A stretch of DNA of 64,000 bases from a bacterium. GTDB taxonomy: Bacteria > Zhuqueibacterota > Zhuqueibacteria > Residuimicrobiales > Krinioviventaceae. Below the pieces are notes generated by a model that worked only from the letters and a program-made list of their open reading frames with translations, had not been told where the DNA came from and did not search any database. The DNA lies in the NCBI GenBank assembly GCA_963693055.1, contig OY843751.1, positions 448,001 through 512,000 of the forward strand, in the 5' to 3' direction. The translations under genes and the position numbers were made by a program. Positions within the stretch are counted from its first letter, which is position 1. Each line of letters begins with the position of its first letter. Positions 61,681 to 64,000 of the stretch are shown in pieces.

Positions 61681-61862
61681 AATAAATGTTCTAATCTTAA
61701 AAACAACCTACCGGAAATATTTCCTAAACGTAAATAGTATCATATGACCAGAGGAGAAAAAGAAATTTATAAAACCCCCTAAAAATACAACGGAGCGTCA
61801 GATCATTAATAAATTTGGTGATCTGTCATTCTGAAAGTAATAAAAGGGAAATATAAAAGCAA

Positions 61863-62687
61863 CTAATTGTTCTTTGAAAGATTCAACTGACTCCTTTGAT
61901 TTTTAATTTTATCAGGCAAAAGATCAACATATTGTTGTATGACACGTTTGGAAAGTCTTGCCAGCTGGCTGATTTGATCAAGGTTTTTAATGTCATGCTT
62001 CCAAAGTAATTCAACACGATGGTAATCTTTGATATACCTGTCAACCGCTTCGTTGCTGTGTTTGGTTTTCAAAGCGATTTCGGGAGTGAGATATCCCTCA
62101 AGATACAGAGTGATAATTTCGCGTTTATGAGTAATAGCGCCGGAAAGATCATGGATGTTGCCACGCGTTGGTAAGAGATGCCCTTCTTTTTGGATTTCAT
62201 TTACATATTTACTGACAACGGCATCACAGACACCGAGTAACATAGCCAGGTCAAGTTGAGTAAGCAGAGCACCTTGATCAAAAGCTTCATCAACCCAACG
62301 TTTGAGGCGTCTTTTCCTTAAAGTTTTGGAATCAAAACCATGCGCGATATGAGAAGTATCCTGATCAGTAATGAAAGAGAGGACAACGGGTTTCATTCGG
62401 GTAGCGGCAATACTTTTTCCGCGTTTGGGGTATTCATCGACAGGAACAGCCATCCAGACGAGTTGCCCATAGTGAATATGGTGCAAGTCATCATCAATAG
62501 AGGAGACAAGGAAATAGTCATCAATGATTTTAAGGATATCATCAATGATGGCATTGGCAGTGATGGCTCCTTTGTCATAGCCATAGCTATTCAAAAAGTT
62601 GTACAGTAGTAACTGCTTGAGATCTTTATCTTTAAGTCGTCTCATTTTTTTGAGTTGAATTTGTTCTTTAGTCAAAGGTTTACTCAT
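61863..62687 (-). CDS. DUF1670-like protein B2
   Basis: EAFDQGALLTQLDLAMLL; PTRG..HD...ITHK; KHS..AVDRY; RBS aggagg. Confidence 0.8.
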   Translation of the reverse strand: MSKPLTKEQIQLKKMRRLKDKDLKQLLLYNFLNSYGYDKGAITANAIIDDILKIIDDYFLVSSIDDDLHHIHYGQLVWMAVPVDEYPKRGKSIAATRMKPVVLSFITDQDTSHIAHGFDSKTLRKRRLKRWVDEAFDQGALLTQLDLAMLLGVCDAVVSKYVNEIQKEGHLLPTRGNIHDLSGAITHKREIITLYLEGYLTPEIALKTKHSNEAVDRYIKDYHRVELLWKHDIKNLDQISQLARLSKRVIQQYVDLLPDKIKNQRSQLNLSKNN

Positions 62688-63519
62688 TTTCTTTGCCTCC
62701 TGATAGATGTTGAGGAATGGATTTTTTTTTCGCGTCGCCACCAGGTTCCGCAGGAGATAACAGATCGTTTAATCGCGTATTGTTTTGTTGAAGATAGGTT
62801 TGGTAGAGTTGGATATACTCGCGCACCAGGCGGTCGGATTTCTTTGCAATGAGTCGAATCTGGTTCGGAGAGAAATTTTCCTTGTATAAAAGGGCGATCT
62901 GCATAAAGTCAGCGAGGTAACGTTTGATGCTGGTTTCAGAATGATTGGTTTTTTGTTCTATTTCTGAAAAGGTATAACCTTTAAGATACAGATCAATAAT
63001 GATGGTTTTATGAGACAGTCCGGGACCCATGTCATGTTTCATACCTCGTGTCATGATAAACATACCGTGATGACGGAGATGATAAATGTCACGTTTAACA
63101 GTGGCCGGACTGGTGGTTAAAAGCATTGCCAGGTCTTCATAGCTGAGTAAAGCACCCTGATCATAGGCTTGTCGAGTCAGACGGGCGATCCGGTGTCGTC
63201 TAAGTCCGGCAAGGCCATAATTAGCCAGGGCTTGCAGATCTGTATTAAAGTCAATTAGTTTGAGACGGACCGTAAGCTTTCGGGTTAATCTGATATGTTT
63301 GCCGGCTGGTTCTTCAGCGGCAACAGCTTCATAAGCGACTTCACCTCCTGATAATGAAATGTTGGAATGTTCCTGAAAGTATTGGTCAAATTGTTGATAG
63401 TAAGCTTCGGCAATAATAGGAGTCAAATTGAAATCCTGAGACAGTTTTTGGACAATAGCGTTTTTAGCTGTCTTGGATTCGAGTCTTTTTAAACCATAAT
63501 TATTTTTAACATCTGCCAT
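62680..63519 (-). CDS. DUF1670-like protein A2
   Basis: QAYDQGALLSYEDLAMLL; TRG..HDMG..LSHK; NHS..SIKRY; RBS aaggag before ATG 63519. Confidence 0.8.
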   Translation of the reverse strand: MADVKNNYGLKRLESKTAKNAIVQKLSQDFNLTPIIAEAYYQQFDQYFQEHSNISLSGGEVAYEAVAAEEPAGKHIRLTRKLTVRLKLIDFNTDLQALANYGLAGLRRHRIARLTRQAYDQGALLSYEDLAMLLTTSPATVKRDIYHLRHHGMFIMTRGMKHDMGPGLSHKTIIIDLYLKGYTFSEIEQKTNHSETSIKRYLADFMQIALLYKENFSPNQIRLIAKKSDRLVREYIQLYQTYLQQNNTRLNDLLSPAEPGGDAKKKSIPQHLSGGKENE

Positions 63520-63594
63520 AAGAATCTCCTTATTTCTGTTTTTATTAAAACAATGATTCCTATGGTCATATGCACTAAACTTTAAATAGTTTAT

Positions 63595-63620
63595 AGAGCA
63601 GAGGTGCAAACCTCTGCTTT
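63595..63620 (+). terminator. Hairpin, probably the displaced terminator of the 58715-59851 gene
   Basis: agagcagaggt-gcaa-acctctgcttt immediately after the last AAATAG core. Confidence 0.65.
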
Positions 63621-63649
63621 CCGGTTTGTAATCATACGAGGATAATAAT

Positions 63650-64000
63650 ATGAAAACAAAATGGATTATGCTCTATACTGTTTTGCTCTTTGTAATGTTT
63701 TTGGGTTGCAAGGCAAAAACGTACGAGTGTTACGAGTTGAACAGCAAAATCACGATTAATGGTAATAACGCTGATTGGGAAAAAATTCCCCAGTTATACG
63801 ATGAAGACAATGAAACCGTATTTGCGTTTGCTAAAAACGATTCATTTGTGTTTGTTATGATCAGCTTTAACAATGAGAGCATGGTCCACAAGTTTACCAT
63901 GGGCGGTGGTGGAATCTGGTGGAGTGCTGATGGGAAAAAGGAAGAAGCGTTTGGGTTGTTCTATCCTCCTGTAACTCCGGTAGCCATGGGAGAACAGGGA
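63650..64000 (+). CDS. Lipoprotein, partial (runs off the window)
   Basis: RBS gagga, ATG 63650, MKTKWIML...FLGC lipobox, ITINGNNADW; frame open to the end. Confidence 0.7.
   Translation, partial: MKTKWIMLYTVLLFVMFLGCKAKTYECYELNSKITINGNNADWEKIPQLYDEDNETVFAFAKNDSFVFVMISFNNESMVHKFTMGGGGIWWSADGKKEEAFGLFYPPVTPVAMGEQG

Larger units (their letters stand above)
59846..61736 (+). mobile_element. Putative DUF1670-pair mobile element 1
   Basis: 21 bp IRs at 59851-59871 and 61705-61725 (19/21 match); AAATA core at 59846-59850 and 61732-61736. Confidence 0.75.
61731..63590 (-). mobile_element. Putative DUF1670-pair mobile element 2
   Basis: 15 bp IRs at 61741-61755 and 63558-63572 (14/15 match); TAAATAGT direct repeat at 61731-61738 and 63583-63590. 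Confidence 0.75.

Noticed and set aside
61590-61705. Guide or bridge RNA matching the insertion target
   Set aside because: Only a weak AT-rich resemblance (atgttctaatc versus atgttattaatg); no convincing complementarity to target or donor by eye.
63520-63609. N-terminal extension of DUF1670-like A2 given in the ORF track
   Set aside because: It crosses the element boundary and hairpin; ATG 63519 has a strong RBS.

Overview
This is bacterial chromosomal DNA. Two genes end in 'NYPNPFNP/NFPNPFNP' FlgD-like/T9SS-type C-terminal sorting domains, which suggests an FCB-related lineage such as KSB1 or Calditrichota (inference). The window carries polysaccharide-degrading enzymes, an ilvD-ilvB-leuC-leuD operon with an unannotated Ile/Leu/Val-rich leader peptide, a probable sigma-54-driven MCP, an ABC-F ATPase, a menG-menF-menD-menH-menB cluster preceded by a multi-hairpin non-coding region, an orphan SNF2 helicase, several tandem paralog pairs and an ECF sigma/anti-sigma locus. 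The most striking feature is at 59846-63589: two distinct ~1.9 kb elements, each encoding only a pair of DUF1670-like proteins and each bounded by its own inverted repeats. They sit in tandem at an AAATA core inside the stop codon of a sorting-domain gene, whose probable terminator now lies 3.7 kb downstream. Both elements also share a CG-A9 slippery run that could fuse their two ORFs. This looks like an undescribed site-specific mobile element family with no recognisable transposase. All family names come from motif recognition; no searches were run.
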